From NCBI GenBank assembly GCA_027315165.1, contig DAHUYN010000003.1:27990-91989 (forward strand): DNA of 64,000 nt, given 5' to 3'. The stretch is from Thermoplasmata archaeon. GTDB lineage: Archaea > Thermoplasmatota > Thermoplasmata > Lutacidiplasmatales > UBA184. The notes beneath the pieces were generated by a model that was not told the DNA's origin, ran no database searches, and was given only the letters and a program-made list of their open reading frames with translations. Shown here piece by piece: positions 47,609 to 57,042 of this stretch. Within the stretch, counting starts at the first letter, position 1, and each line of letters starts with the position of its first letter. Position numbers and translations under genes: made by a program.

Positions 47609-48355
47609 CTAGGGGCGCGGGCCCTTGACCGCCGGCGGCAGCCGCTGGGTGAACTTCTGGATCTCGTCGGAGGCGAGCCGGTCGAGCCCCTCGCCGACCT
47701 GCAGCGTGCAGACCTCGACCTGGCTCAGGTTCGCCCCCTCGTCGAGCGCCTGCCGGAGCCCCTCGAGGGCGAGGACGATCGCGCTGTCGCGGTCCATGCC
47801 GGGCTTGTACTTCTGCTCGAACAGCTCCATCACGGGGCCCTTGTTGCCGCCGGTGGAGGTCGCCTTGAAGCTCGTGAGCGAGCCCGAGGGCTCGGTCTCG
47901 AACAGGTGGATCCCGTCGTCGTCGTAGCCGCCGACCAGGAGCGCCGTCCCGAACGGGCGGACGCCCCCGAACTGCGTGTACTGCTGCTTGTAGTCGCAGA
48001 TGCGCCGGACGAGCAGCTCGACGGGGATCGGCTCGGCGTAGGTGACGCGGTTGATCTGCGCGGTGAGGCGCGCGTACTCGACGAGCACACGCGCGTCGGC
48101 GACGAGCCCGGCCGTCGCGCAGGCGGCGTGCTCGTCGATCTGGTGGATCTTCTCGAGGCTCGCCGGCTCGGCGAGCTTCGGGTTGGGGATCCGGCGGTCC
48201 GCGACGAGGACGACGCCGTTCTGGTAGACGACACCGGCGGTCGTCGCGCCGCGCCGGACGGCCTCGCGGGCGTACTCGACCTGGAAGAGCCGGCCGTCGG
48301 GCGAGAACACCGTGATCGCCCGGTCGTAGGCCATCTGGCCCGGTTGCATCTCCAT
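47609..48355 (-). CDS. psmA: proteasome subunit alpha
   Basis: YDRAITVFSPDGRLFQVEYA N-terminal signature. Confidence 0.9.
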   Translation of the reverse strand: MEMQPGQMAYDRAITVFSPDGRLFQVEYAREAVRRGATTAGVVYQNGVVLVADRRIPNPKLAEPASLEKIHQIDEHAACATAGLVADARVLVEYARLTAQINRVTYAEPIPVELLVRRICDYKQQYTQFGGVRPFGTALLVGGYDDDGIHLFETEPSGSLTSFKATSTGGNKGPVMELFEQKYKPGMDRDSAIVLALEGLRQALDEGANLSQVEVCTLQVGEGLDRLASDEIQKFTQRLPPAVKGPRP

Positions 48356-48388
48356 AGACCCTCGAGGACCGCTGGGGCACCGATGCCC

Positions 48389-48401
48389 TCCTTATAACGC
48401 C
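48389..48401 (-). promoter_or_regulatory. TATA box (GCGTTATAAGG on minus strand) upstream of psmA superoperon
   Basis: AT box ~35-40 nt upstream of the psmA start. Confidence 0.45.
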
Positions 48402-48496
48402 GAAGGCCGAGGTAACCCCGAGGTAGGCGCGCCGAAGGGGCCCGCGCGGGCGCGTCGGCCCGGCAACCGTTTAGCCGCGGCGGTCTCGGGGAGGGG

Positions 48497-50611
48497 ATGC
48501 CCGACCGCGCGCCCTCCTCCGACCCGCTTCGGGCTCAACGGCTCGACGGCGCGGCCTCGGCCTACCTGCGAGGCGCCGCCGAGCAGCCGATCGACTGGTA
48601 TCCTTGGGGTCCCGAGCCGTTCGAGGTGGCGCGGCGCACCGACCGGCCGATCCTCCTCGACATCGGAGCGGTCTGGTGCCACTGGTGCCACGTGATGGAC
48701 GAGGGGACCTACGCCGACGCCGAGGTCGCGCGGCTCCTCGGGCAGCATTTCGTCGCGGTGAAGGTCGACCGCGACGAGCGCCCGGAGGTCGACCGGCGCT
48801 ACCAGCGCCAGGTGAGCGCGCTCGCCGGGCAGGGCGGCTGGCCCCTCACCGCCTTCCTCACCCCGTCGGGGGAGGCGTTCCTCGGCGGGACCTACTTCCC
48901 GCCGGAGGACGGCCTCGGCCGGCCGGGGTTCCGGCGGGTCCTTCGGGAGGTGGCGCGGATCTGGCGGGAGGAGCGCGACAAGGCGCTCGGGAACGTCCGG
49001 GCCGCCGCCGAGGCGCTCGCCCGGCAGTCCGAAGCGCCGCGCGCCGGCGCACGGGCCCCCGACGCGGCGTTCCTCGCGAGCGTTCTCGAGCAGGTCCACG
49101 CCTCCTACGACCCTATCAACGGGGGCTTTGGTTTCGCGCCGAAGTTCCCTCATCCGACGGCGGTCTCCTACCTGCTCTACGCCGGGTACGCCCAAGGGGA
49201 CGCGAGGGCCCCCGCTCGGGCCGTCGAGACGCTCCTGCGGATGGCCGACGGCGGGATCTACGATCACGTCGGCGGGGGCTTCCACCGCTACGCGACCGAC
49301 GAAGCGTGGCACATCCCGCACTTCGAGAAGATGGCGAGCGACAACGCCTCGCTGCTCAGCGCCTACGTCGAGGGGGCACGACGCTCTCCCGAGCCGCGCC
49401 TTCTCGAGACGATCGAGGGGACGCTCGCGTGGGCCGAGGCGGCGCTCGGGGACCCCCGCGGAGGCTGGGGCGCGAGCCAGGACGCCGACAACGCCCCGGG
49501 CGACGACGGGAGCTACTTCACCTGGAGCCGAGCGGAGCTCAAGGAGGCCCTCACGCCCGAGGAGCTCAAGCTCGTCGTCCGCCATTTCGGCGTCGGGAGC
49601 GAGGGCCGGATGCCGCACGACCCCGATCGGAACGTCCTCTTCCGGCTGATGCCCGTAGGCGAGGCGGCGAGCGGCGTCGTCGCGCCGGAGGCCGCCCCGG
49701 CGCTCCTCGCCTCGGCGCTCGTCAAGCTTCGGGAGGCCCGCGCCCGACGGCCGACGCCGTTCGTCGACCGGGCCCTCTACGCGGACCTCAACGGGGACTT
49801 TGTCCGGGGGGTCGCCACCGCCGGCACGCTCCTCGAGCGTCCGGCGCTCGTGGCGCTCGCCCGCGCGTCCGCGAACCGGTTCCTCGCCCACGCCTACGAC
49901 GACGAGCTGGGCGTCGCCCACTGCCTCGGGCCGGACGGGGCCTCGGGTCGTGGCCACCTCGAGGACCAGGCGATGTTCGCGCTCGGCCTCGTCGAGCTCG
50001 CCGCCGCGACGGCCGACCCGGCGTACTCTACTCCCGCCGAAAGACTCCTCGATCTCGTCTTCGCCGAGTACCGGGGCGCCGACGGCCGGCTCGCCGACCT
50101 CGCGTCGCGGCTCTACGACGGGCCGAAGGTCGCGTCGCTCGCGGCGCCGACGTTCCCCGCGGAGGACAACCCGCACCTCGCACCGCCGGCCGCGATTGCG
50201 ATCGCCCTCCTGCGACTCCACGCCCTCACGGGCGCGCCCGGCCCGCGCGATCGAGCGCGGGAGCTCCTCGCCTCGTGCGTCCCGGCGGTCGAGGGGGCCG
50301 GCCTCTTCGCGAGCGGCACCGCGCTCGCGGTCGGGCTGGCGGGAACGCCGGCCGCCCGCGTCGTCGTCGAGGGGAGCGGCCCCGAGGCGGCCGCCCTCCT
50401 CAAGGCCGCGCGGCGGACCTATCACCCGAACCTGGTCGTCTTCGCCGGCGTGCCCCCGGAGCCGTTCTCCCTGCCGGAGGAGCTCGGGGCGGGCCGGGCC
50501 CGAGCGTCTCCGCGCGCCCTGGTCTGCTTCGGCGACCGGTGCCTCGCCCCCGTCACCGAGCCTTCCCGGCTCGCTTCGCTGCTGGCGGCCGGGGGCCGGG
50601 ACGCGTCGTGA
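48497..50611 (+). CDS. thioredoxin-domain protein of DUF255/YyaL family (thioredoxin fold + (alpha/alpha)6 barrel)
   Basis: 704 aa. N-terminal thioredoxin-like CxxC (VWCHWCHVMD), then a long alpha-helical domain. Confidence 0.65.
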   Translation: MPDRAPSSDPLRAQRLDGAASAYLRGAAEQPIDWYPWGPEPFEVARRTDRPILLDIGAVWCHWCHVMDEGTYADAEVARLLGQHFVAVKVDRDERPEVDRRYQRQVSALAGQGGWPLTAFLTPSGEAFLGGTYFPPEDGLGRPGFRRVLREVARIWREERDKALGNVRAAAEALARQSEAPRAGARAPDAAFLASVLEQVHASYDPINGGFGFAPKFPHPTAVSYLLYAGYAQGDARAPARAVETLLRMADGGIYDHVGGGFHRYATDEAWHIPHFEKMASDNASLLSAYVEGARRSPEPRLLETIEGTLAWAEAALGDPRGGWGASQDADNAPGDDGSYFTWSRAELKEALTPEELKLVVRHFGVGSEGRMPHDPDRNVLFRLMPVGEAASGVVAPEAAPALLASALVKLREARARRPTPFVDRALYADLNGDFVRGVATAGTLLERPALVALARASANRFLAHAYDDELGVAHCLGPDGASGRGHLEDQAMFALGLVELAAATADPAYSTPAERLLDLVFAEYRGADGRLADLASRLYDGPKVASLAAPTFPAEDNPHLAPPAAIAIALLRLHALTGAPGPRDRARELLASCVPAVEGAGLFASGTALAVGLAGTPAARVVVEGSGPEAAALLKAARRTYHPNLVVFAGVPPEPFSLPEELGAGRARASPRALVCFGDRCLAPVTEPSRLASLLAAGGRDAS

Positions 50612-51407
50612 GGACGGCCCCGAGGTCGGTGCCGTCGAGCAGGTAGGCGCGCGGGCGGCCGGGGGCGAGGAACCGGGCCACCAGGAACGAACGGCCCCGG
50701 GCCGGGCGCTCCCGGTTCAGCGCTTCGGCCCCGGCGAGCGGGTTGAAGGCCGGCAGCACGATCACCTCCCGCGCGGCGAGCGGCGGCCGTCGCCGAGGCC
50801 GCCGGGGCGGCGGGGGCGGGACCCGCTCGAGCCGGACCCAGCACCGCTGCTTTGCCGCGGGCGCGTCCGCCGTCGGGGCGAAGCGGAACCCCGGGTGGAG
50901 GTGGCCGAGGACGAGCCGTTCGGCCCCGAGGACCTTCGCGGACGGCCAGGCGTGGCCGTGGACGAGCCCGACCCCGTGCCGCACGACGCCGCCCGGGCCG
51001 TGCACGCGGACCTCTCGCGGCAGCCACTCCGACAGGCCGACGTCGTGGTTCCCGAGGACGACCTCGACCTCGTAGCCGGTCGCGAGGAACGTCGAGAAGA
51101 AGTCGAAGACGACGGGTCGGAGGTAGGGCGGCGTCCCGACGATCGGGTGCTTGACATCGCCGAGGACGAGGAGGCCGCGCGCCGACCGCTCGCCGAGGAG
51201 CGCGAGGAGGTCGAGGGCCATCGCGCGCGCGAGCTCCTCCGGACGGCCGACGCCCGGCCCGGGCCCGGCCCCGAGGCCGAGGTGGAGGTCGGCGAGAACG
51301 ACCGTCGGGCGCGCCCCGGGCCGTGACGGCGCGAGCTCGAGCGCCGGCCGCTCGGGGATCGGGGCCAGCCTCGCCTCGGCCACGGTCGAGGGAGAGGGCC
51401 CGACCAT
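50553..51407 (-). CDS. calcineurin-like metallophosphoesterase
   Basis: VLADLHLG, GDVKH, GNHD and GHLH metal-binding motifs. Confidence 0.65.
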   Translation of the reverse strand: MVGPSPSTVAEARLAPIPERPALELAPSRPGARPTVVLADLHLGLGAGPGPGVGRPEELARAMALDLLALLGERSARGLLVLGDVKHPIVGTPPYLRPVVFDFFSTFLATGYEVEVVLGNHDVGLSEWLPREVRVHGPGGVVRHGVGLVHGHAWPSAKVLGAERLVLGHLHPGFRFAPTADAPAAKQRCWVRLERVPPPPPRRPRRRPPLAAREVIVLPAFNPLAGAEALNRERPARGRSFLVARFLAPGRPRAYLLDGTDLGAVLTTRPGPRPPAAKRAGKAR

Positions 51408-51482
51408 AAACCGCCCCGCCCGCGACCCGGCGGGGCGGGCGACCCCGGGCGGCTCCCGGGCCCTCGAGAGGCGCGATGCTAG

Positions 51483-51495
51483 TCTTTTATGTAGA
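51483..51495 (+). promoter_or_regulatory. TATA box (CTTTTATGTAGAA) ~30 nt upstream of HTH regulator start (near-leaderless)
   Basis: The only AT-rich island in the 112-bp intergenic region. Confidence 0.5.
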
Positions 51496-51519
51496 AGAAG
51501 TAGTAGAGCAACCGGAGCG

Positions 51520-52524
51520 ATGCCGCGGGGAAGCGCGCGCGAGCAGGCGATCGAGCGGGTCCGACGGCTCCTCGCGAGCGTCGGGTTCTACGTCTCCGAC
51601 GCGCACAGCATTCGGCCGACGAGCTTCGATCTCGTCGCACGTCGGGATTCCCTGCTGCTCGTACTCAAGGTCCTCAAGAACATCGACGCGCTCGACCCCG
51701 AGGAGGCCGCGCGCCTTCGGGAGCTGGGCGGCCTGTTCCCGGCCGTCGCGCTCGTGGTCGGCCAGACCTCGGGGACGACGCCGCTCGAGGCCGGGGTCGT
51801 CTACAACCGCTACGGCGTCCCGATCCTCGCCGAAGAGAGCCTCGCCGACTACGTCGGCAAGGGGGTCCCGCCGTTCCTGTTCTCGAGCCCCGGCGGCGTC
51901 TTCGCGCGGATCGACGGGCCGCGCCTGCGGGAGATCCGCGAGGCGCGGAGCCTCTCGCTCGGCGCGCTCGCCTCCGTCGCGGGCGTCTCGCGCCGGACGA
52001 TCCAGCTCTACGAGGACGGCGCCGGGGCCGAGGTCCACGTCGTCGAGCGCCTCGAGGAGTACGTCGGCGAGCCGATCGCGCTCCCCATCGACCTGCTCCG
52101 CCTGCCGCCGTCGGGCCGGACCCCTCGCCGCGAGTCCGACGAGGAGGAGCCGTCCCCGCGCCCGCACGAGCTCTCCCCGACCGGGGACGCGATGCGCGAC
52201 GACGTCTTCCGGCAGCTCGACACGATGGGCTGGGAGGTCGTCGTCACGCTGCGCTGCCCGTTCGACGCGTTCACCCACGGTCCGACGAGCTCCGCCGAGG
52301 AGGTGCTCCTCACCTCCGTCGGGAGCCTGCGCACGGCGCACCACCGCGCCGAGGTCCTCCAGGAGCTTGCGCGCGTCCTCGAGGGGCACGCGCTGTTCGT
52401 CGTGCGCGAGCCGCCCGCGCATCGGTCGGTCGACGGGCTCGCGATCGTCACCGTGCGCGAGCTCCAGCGGCACCGGGACCGCGACGAGCTCGTCGAGCTC
52501 CTCACCGAGCGCGAAGGGCAGTGA
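51520..52524 (+). CDS. conserved archaeal HTH cro/C1-type transcriptional regulator (COG1395-like)
   Basis: ORF track 51151..52524; ATG at 51520. Central XRE HTH (LREIREARSLSLGALASVAGVSRRTIQLYEDG) flanked by N- and C-terminal domains; ~334 aa. Confidence 0.6.
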   Translation: MPRGSAREQAIERVRRLLASVGFYVSDAHSIRPTSFDLVARRDSLLLVLKVLKNIDALDPEEAARLRELGGLFPAVALVVGQTSGTTPLEAGVVYNRYGVPILAEESLADYVGKGVPPFLFSSPGGVFARIDGPRLREIREARSLSLGALASVAGVSRRTIQLYEDGAGAEVHVVERLEEYVGEPIALPIDLLRLPPSGRTPRRESDEEEPSPRPHELSPTGDAMRDDVFRQLDTMGWEVVVTLRCPFDAFTHGPTSSAEEVLLTSVGSLRTAHHRAEVLQELARVLEGHALFVVREPPAHRSVDGLAIVTVRELQRHRDRDELVELLTEREGQ

Positions 52525-53162
52525 TCGCGAGCACGCGCGAGGGTCCCGGGGCGCTGCTCGTCGCGGGGACCGTCCGCGGTCTCACGAGCGAATCGGAGCC
52601 GCTCCTCGAGGCGCTCCGGGCGTTCGGCCCGCGCGCCGTCGGCGTCGGGGTCTCGCGCGAGGAGCTGGACGGGCTCAACGAGCACTTCGTCGGGCGGCCC
52701 TCCGAGCCGCTCGTCGTCCTGAGCCGCGTCGAGCTGTCGGAGGCGAAGGCGCTGAGCCGGTTCGGCGAGGTCCGTGTCCCGAACCCGTCGACGATCGCGG
52801 TCCTCGAGTGGGCGCGTGCGGCCGGCGTGCCCGTCGAGCCGCTCGACCCCACCGACGAGGAGTACGCGGAGCTGTTCACCGACCACATCACCTACCTCGA
52901 GCTCGTGCGGCGGACCCTGCGCGAGCGCCGGCTCGTCCGGGACGCGCCGCCCGAGGCGCGCTCGGCCGAGGAGTTCGCCGGCCGCTGGCACGCGAGCCTT
53001 TCCCGGGGCCGGGGCTCGCGCGCGTTCGACGCGGCCCGGGAGGGCGCGCTCGTCGAGGGGGCGCGGCGCCTCGCGCTCGCCCACGCCCGCGTCGCGGTCG
53101 TCGTCGACCGGGAACGCTACGACGGCGTCCTCAAACGACTCGGGTCGGCCGCGGCCCCGTAG
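52521..53162 (+). CDS. TraB-like family protein (second paralog)
   Basis: ALLVAGTVRGLTSESE...AVGVGVSREELDGL resembles the TraB N-terminal motif. 4-nt overlap with the upstream HTH gene. Confidence 0.4.
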   Translation: MIASTREGPGALLVAGTVRGLTSESEPLLEALRAFGPRAVGVGVSREELDGLNEHFVGRPSEPLVVLSRVELSEAKALSRFGEVRVPNPSTIAVLEWARAAGVPVEPLDPTDEEYAELFTDHITYLELVRRTLRERRLVRDAPPEARSAEEFAGRWHASLSRGRGSRAFDAAREGALVEGARRLALAHARVAVVVDRERYDGVLKRLGSAAAP

Positions 53163-53174
53163 CGGGACCGGGGA

Positions 53175-53723
53175 CTACTCGTCGTCGTCCTTCTCGAGGA
53201 TCTGCTCGATCCGGCGCCGCGCGGTCGCGCGGAACTCCTCGAGCGGGCCCTCGTTGATGAGCATCCCGTCGGCGAGCGCGAAGGCGGAGCCGATCCCCCA
53301 CTTGAGCTCGCGCCGGTCGCGGTCGAAGAACTCCTGGAGGCCCACGCCGTCGTCACCGCGGCCGCGCTTCATCATGCGGTCGTAGCGCACCTCGGGGGAG
53401 GCGAAGATCCCGAGGACGAACAGGTCGCCGAAGTTGTGCCGGAACACCGCGACCTCGGCGTCGGAGCGGCAGCCGTCCACGAGCATCTTCGTCTCGGTGA
53501 GCTTCGGGAGGGCGCGCTGCGCCCAGATCCCCGGCCCGTGCTTTTCCCGCTCCTCGTTCGCGATGCGCGCGATGTTCGCGTTGTTGAGAGCGAGGCCGCG
53601 GCGGCGGGTCTCGTCGCGCACGAGGTCCCCCATCTTCAGGGTCGCGAGGCCCATCGCGTGCGCGACCTCGACGAGCTCGTCCTTGCCCGAGCCGGGCATC
53701 CCGACGGTGACGATGAGCTTCAT
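53175..53723 (-). CDS. UPF0200-family P-loop nucleotide kinase-like protein
   Basis: ATG 53723 (MKLIVTVGMPGSGKDE) gives 182 aa with adenylate-kinase/dephospho-CoA-kinase-like topology. Confidence 0.6.
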   Translation of the reverse strand: MKLIVTVGMPGSGKDELVEVAHAMGLATLKMGDLVRDETRRRGLALNNANIARIANEEREKHGPGIWAQRALPKLTETKMLVDGCRSDAEVAVFRHNFGDLFVLGIFASPEVRYDRMMKRGRGDDGVGLQEFFDRDRRELKWGIGSAFALADGMLINEGPLEEFRATARRRIEQILEKDDDE

Positions 53724-54343
53724 CGGGACGACGGAGGCTCTCCTGGAGGTTCGGGGGGAGGGGCCTCGGGGGTGCCCGAGAGCTGCGCGGCGGCCTCTCC
53801 CTGCGTGGCGAGCTGGAGGCGGTCGGCCCGCTGCTTGTAGCTGAGCCCCTCCTGCTCCTCGAGCTTGGCCTGCTCGAGGTAGCGGTCGACCTTCACCTTG
53901 AGCTCCGCGGTCTTCTGCGTCTTCATCGCCGCGCGGTGCTCGAGGGTGCGCGACCGGTGCTGGAGGTCGACGATCTTCTGCTGGAGCTTGCGGATGCGGA
54001 ACTGGAGCTCGGTGATGTCCGAGCCGATCGAGATGCCGCCCGTCTTGTCGGTGCGGGCCTTGATGTCCTTCTCGTGCTGGGACATCTCGCTCTCGAGGTC
54101 CGGGATCTTGGCGAGGACCCCCTGCGCCTTCTCGCGCTGGACCGCGGCCTGGTGCCGGATCTTCTCGATCCGCGTGTTGAGGCGCGCCGCCTTCTGCTGG
54201 TTGCGCGTCGCGGCCCGCTCGTGCTTGGCCGCGATCTCGCGTAGCTTCGTGATGTCCGCGTAGCCCTGGCCCATCCAGCGGGCCTCGCGGTGCGGGAGCG
54301 CGGCACCGGCGGTGGGTGGGGGGGTTCCGCCGCCGTCCGCCAT
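53720..54343 (-). CDS. basic coiled-coil protein with Pro-rich termini (function unknown)
   Basis: 207 aa. Heptad-rich K/R/Q/E core from MGQGYADITKLREIAAKHE through LEQAKLEEQEG, with Pro-rich N and C ends. Its stop overlaps the kinase start. Confidence 0.5.
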   Translation of the reverse strand: MADGGGTPPPTAGAALPHREARWMGQGYADITKLREIAAKHERAATRNQQKAARLNTRIEKIRHQAAVQREKAQGVLAKIPDLESEMSQHEKDIKARTDKTGGISIGSDITELQFRIRKLQQKIVDLQHRSRTLEHRAAMKTQKTAELKVKVDRYLEQAKLEEQEGLSYKQRADRLQLATQGEAAAQLSGTPEAPPPEPPGEPPSSR

Positions 54344-54409
54344 GCCGTCTCCACGAGGGGGGGTCGGGATATAGCGGTTGTCGTGCGCCGGCAGCGCCGG
54401 CCGGCCGGG

Positions 54410-55942
54410 TCACGCGGCGGACGGGCCGGCGTCGTACGAGGCGGGCGGTCGCGGAGGCGCGAAGCGCCCGCCGAGCTGGCCGACGAGCGCCTCGATCGCG
54501 ACGCGCTCCTGGGCGCGGGAATCGCGCTCGCGGAGCGTGACCGTGCCGAAGTTCGCGTTGGCGGGGTCGAGGGTCTCGCCGTCGACGGTGACGCAGTAGG
54601 GCGTGCCGACCTCGTCCATGCGGGCGTAGCGCTTGCCGATCGAGCCGGCGGCATCGTAGGTGGCGCGGATCCCCGCGTCCCGCAGCCGCGCGACGACCTC
54701 GAGCGCGCGTTCCCGATGCTCCTTCTTCAAGAGCGGAAAGACGGCGACCGACCATGGCGCGAGGCAGCGCGAGAGGCGCCACAAGGTCCGTTCGCCCTCG
54801 GTCGTGAGCCCCGTGTCGGCCAGGGCCCAGAGGTTCCGGTCGACCCCGAACGTCAGCTCGAGGACGTGCGGGACGATGCGGCGGTCCGGCGCGACGAGGA
54901 CCTGGAGGTCCTTGCCGGAGCCCTCGGCGTGCCGCGTGAGGTCGTAGTCGCCCCGGTAGTGCAGCGCGCCGAGCTCCTTGTAGCCGCCGAGGCTCTCGAG
55001 GTGGACCTCGACGTCGAACTGGATGCGGTTGTAGAACGCGCGCTCGGTCGCCGACTTCTCGAAGAGCCGGATGCTCTCGGCGGGGTAGCCGAGAACGTCC
55101 CGATAGAACCGGAACGTGTGGGCGAGGTGGAAGACGTAGAACGCCGGCAGCCCCCGCTCGGAGACGAGCGCGGAGGCGGTGACCCACTCCGGCGTCTCGG
55201 CGCCGGCCTCGCGCGCGGCGACACCGAGGATCGGAAGTCGCTCCGACGCGACGGCCTCGAGCGGGGGCGCGAAGGACGCCGGGTCGAAGAAGATCTGGAG
55301 CTCGGCCTGCGTGAACGCGCGCATGCGGAAGAGGACCTGTCGCGGCGCGATCTCGTTGCGGTAGGCGCGGCCGACCACGGCGATGCCGAGGGGCATCGCC
55401 TTGCGACCGACCTCGTACATCCTCGAGAAGGCGAGGTAGCTCGCCTGCGCGGTCTCCGGCGCGAGGTAGCCGCGCTCCTTCCCCGTGACGCCGAGGTCGA
55501 CGCCGAACATCAGGTTGAACGGCCTCGGAACGCTGAGCGTCGGCTTGCCGCACCGGGGGCAGGCGATCCGGTGCTCTCGGAGAAGCCCCCCGATCGCCTC
55601 GAACGTGAGGCCGTCGACCCCCTCGGGTCGGACCTTCTCGAGGATCGTGTCGGCCCGGAACGCGGTGAGGCAGGAGTCGCAGGTCACCTCGGGGTCGGTG
55701 AAGTTCTCGAGGTGGCCCGAGGCGCGGACGACGGCCTCGGGCAGGATGTCCGCCGGCTCGATCTCGTGGTAGTCGTCGGAGAGGCCGACGAACCAGGCGC
55801 TCCAGGCCTCCTCGAGCCGGCGCTTGAGCGCGTGGCCGAGGGGGCCGTAGTCGTAGAGCCCCTGCGCGCCGCCGTAGATCTCGGCCGAGGGCCAGAGGTA
55901 GCCGCGGCGTCGGAGGAGCGCGAACAGCTCGTCGGACTTCAC
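54410..55942 (-). CDS. glyS: glycine--tRNA ligase (archaeal/eukaryal type)
   Basis: ORF track goes to 57115. GTG 55942 (VKSDELFALLRRRGYLWPSAEIYGG) matches the GlyRS N-terminus; class II motifs present; 510 aa. Confidence 0.8.
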   Translation of the reverse strand: MKSDELFALLRRRGYLWPSAEIYGGAQGLYDYGPLGHALKRRLEEAWSAWFVGLSDDYHEIEPADILPEAVVRASGHLENFTDPEVTCDSCLTAFRADTILEKVRPEGVDGLTFEAIGGLLREHRIACPRCGKPTLSVPRPFNLMFGVDLGVTGKERGYLAPETAQASYLAFSRMYEVGRKAMPLGIAVVGRAYRNEIAPRQVLFRMRAFTQAELQIFFDPASFAPPLEAVASERLPILGVAAREAGAETPEWVTASALVSERGLPAFYVFHLAHTFRFYRDVLGYPAESIRLFEKSATERAFYNRIQFDVEVHLESLGGYKELGALHYRGDYDLTRHAEGSGKDLQVLVAPDRRIVPHVLELTFGVDRNLWALADTGLTTEGERTLWRLSRCLAPWSVAVFPLLKKEHRERALEVVARLRDAGIRATYDAAGSIGKRYARMDEVGTPYCVTVDGETLDPANANFGTVTLRERDSRAQERVAIEALVGQLGGRFAPPRPPASYDAGPSAA

Positions 55943-57042
55943 GTCGGTCGCTCTCGTCGTCGGGAGGGCCCGGTCCCTACGATAAGATGTTCGGTCGCAC
56001 GTGCGACCACCTGATAGGCCGGGTCGTCGGGCGGGAGCCGGAGGGCGAGGGGCGGGACGGGTCCGTTCGGCTCGAGGCGGGCGGCGGCCGGGACCCCGAG
56101 CCACTCGTGCGGGACGACGCACGCGGCGCGGAACAGGAACTCCGCGGGCACCGGGCGCCGGGCCAGACGCGCGCTCACGTAGGCGAACTCGAGCTCGCGC
56201 CAGATCGACGGGGAGTGGAACATCGCGTTGTCGGTGCCGAGCATCGTCGCGACCCCCTGTCGGGCGAACTCCGCGAGGTCCGGCCGGCGCCCGAAGAGGG
56301 CGTTCGACCTCGGGCACACGGCCACGGTGACGCCCGCCTTCGCGACGGCGGCGAGGTCGTCCGGGCTCGCTCGCGCCAGGTGGACCAAAAGGTCCGGCCG
56401 CGGCCGCAGGTAGTCGTCGGGCGACTCTCGCACGGACTCGCTCGCGTGCCAGGCGATCCGCTTGCCACGAGCCCGGCAGAGCGCGGCCAGGGTGCGCCGG
56501 GTCGCGCGTCCCTCCTCGGCGACGGAGCTGAGACCGAGCCCGTCCGCGACGGCCAAGAGCGCGTCGACCTCCTCGACCTCGACCGGTCGCGCGAGCGGTC
56601 GGCCGAGCGCGACGACGTTGAGACCGAGGCCGCGCGCCGCGGCCCGAAGCGCCCGGACGCCCTCGAGCCCCTCCTCGCGGAAGTCGATCGCGGCGACGAC
56701 CCCCTGGCGGGACATGAGCGTGAGCGCCCGCCGCATCGCGCGGCGCTTCGCGCCCGCGGCCGTCTCCGCGAGGAGCCGGAACTTGTAGCCGTCGGGCGGG
56801 CGCACGATCGCCTCGAGAGGCTGGTGCGGCGGCTCGCGCGTCGCCACCGCGTCGCCGAGGTGCGTGTGCCCGTTCACGGGCGGCGGAAGGACGATCCCGG
56901 TGACGGTGCGCACGCGCCCCCTCGTCGAGGCCGTGCCGCGCTGCCCCGTCTCGACGAGCGCCCCGTCGCGGAACCGGGCGTAGCCGGGGCGCGCCCCGTC
57001 CGCATCGAGGAGGGCCCCCTCGACCACGAGCTCGACGGGCAC
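55939..57042 (-). CDS. metal-dependent amidohydrolase-family protein (TIM barrel)
   Basis: VNGHTHLGD metal-binding His pair and a later HASE. 4-nt overlap with the glyS start. Confidence 0.55.
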   Translation of the reverse strand: MPVELVVEGALLDADGARPGYARFRDGALVETGQRGTASTRGRVRTVTGIVLPPPVNGHTHLGDAVATREPPHQPLEAIVRPPDGYKFRLLAETAAGAKRRAMRRALTLMSRQGVVAAIDFREEGLEGVRALRAAARGLGLNVVALGRPLARPVEVEEVDALLAVADGLGLSSVAEEGRATRRTLAALCRARGKRIAWHASESVRESPDDYLRPRPDLLVHLARASPDDLAAVAKAGVTVAVCPRSNALFGRRPDLAEFARQGVATMLGTDNAMFHSPSIWRELEFAYVSARLARRPVPAEFLFRAACVVPHEWLGVPAAARLEPNGPVPPLALRLPPDDPAYQVVARATEHLIVGTGPSRRRERPT

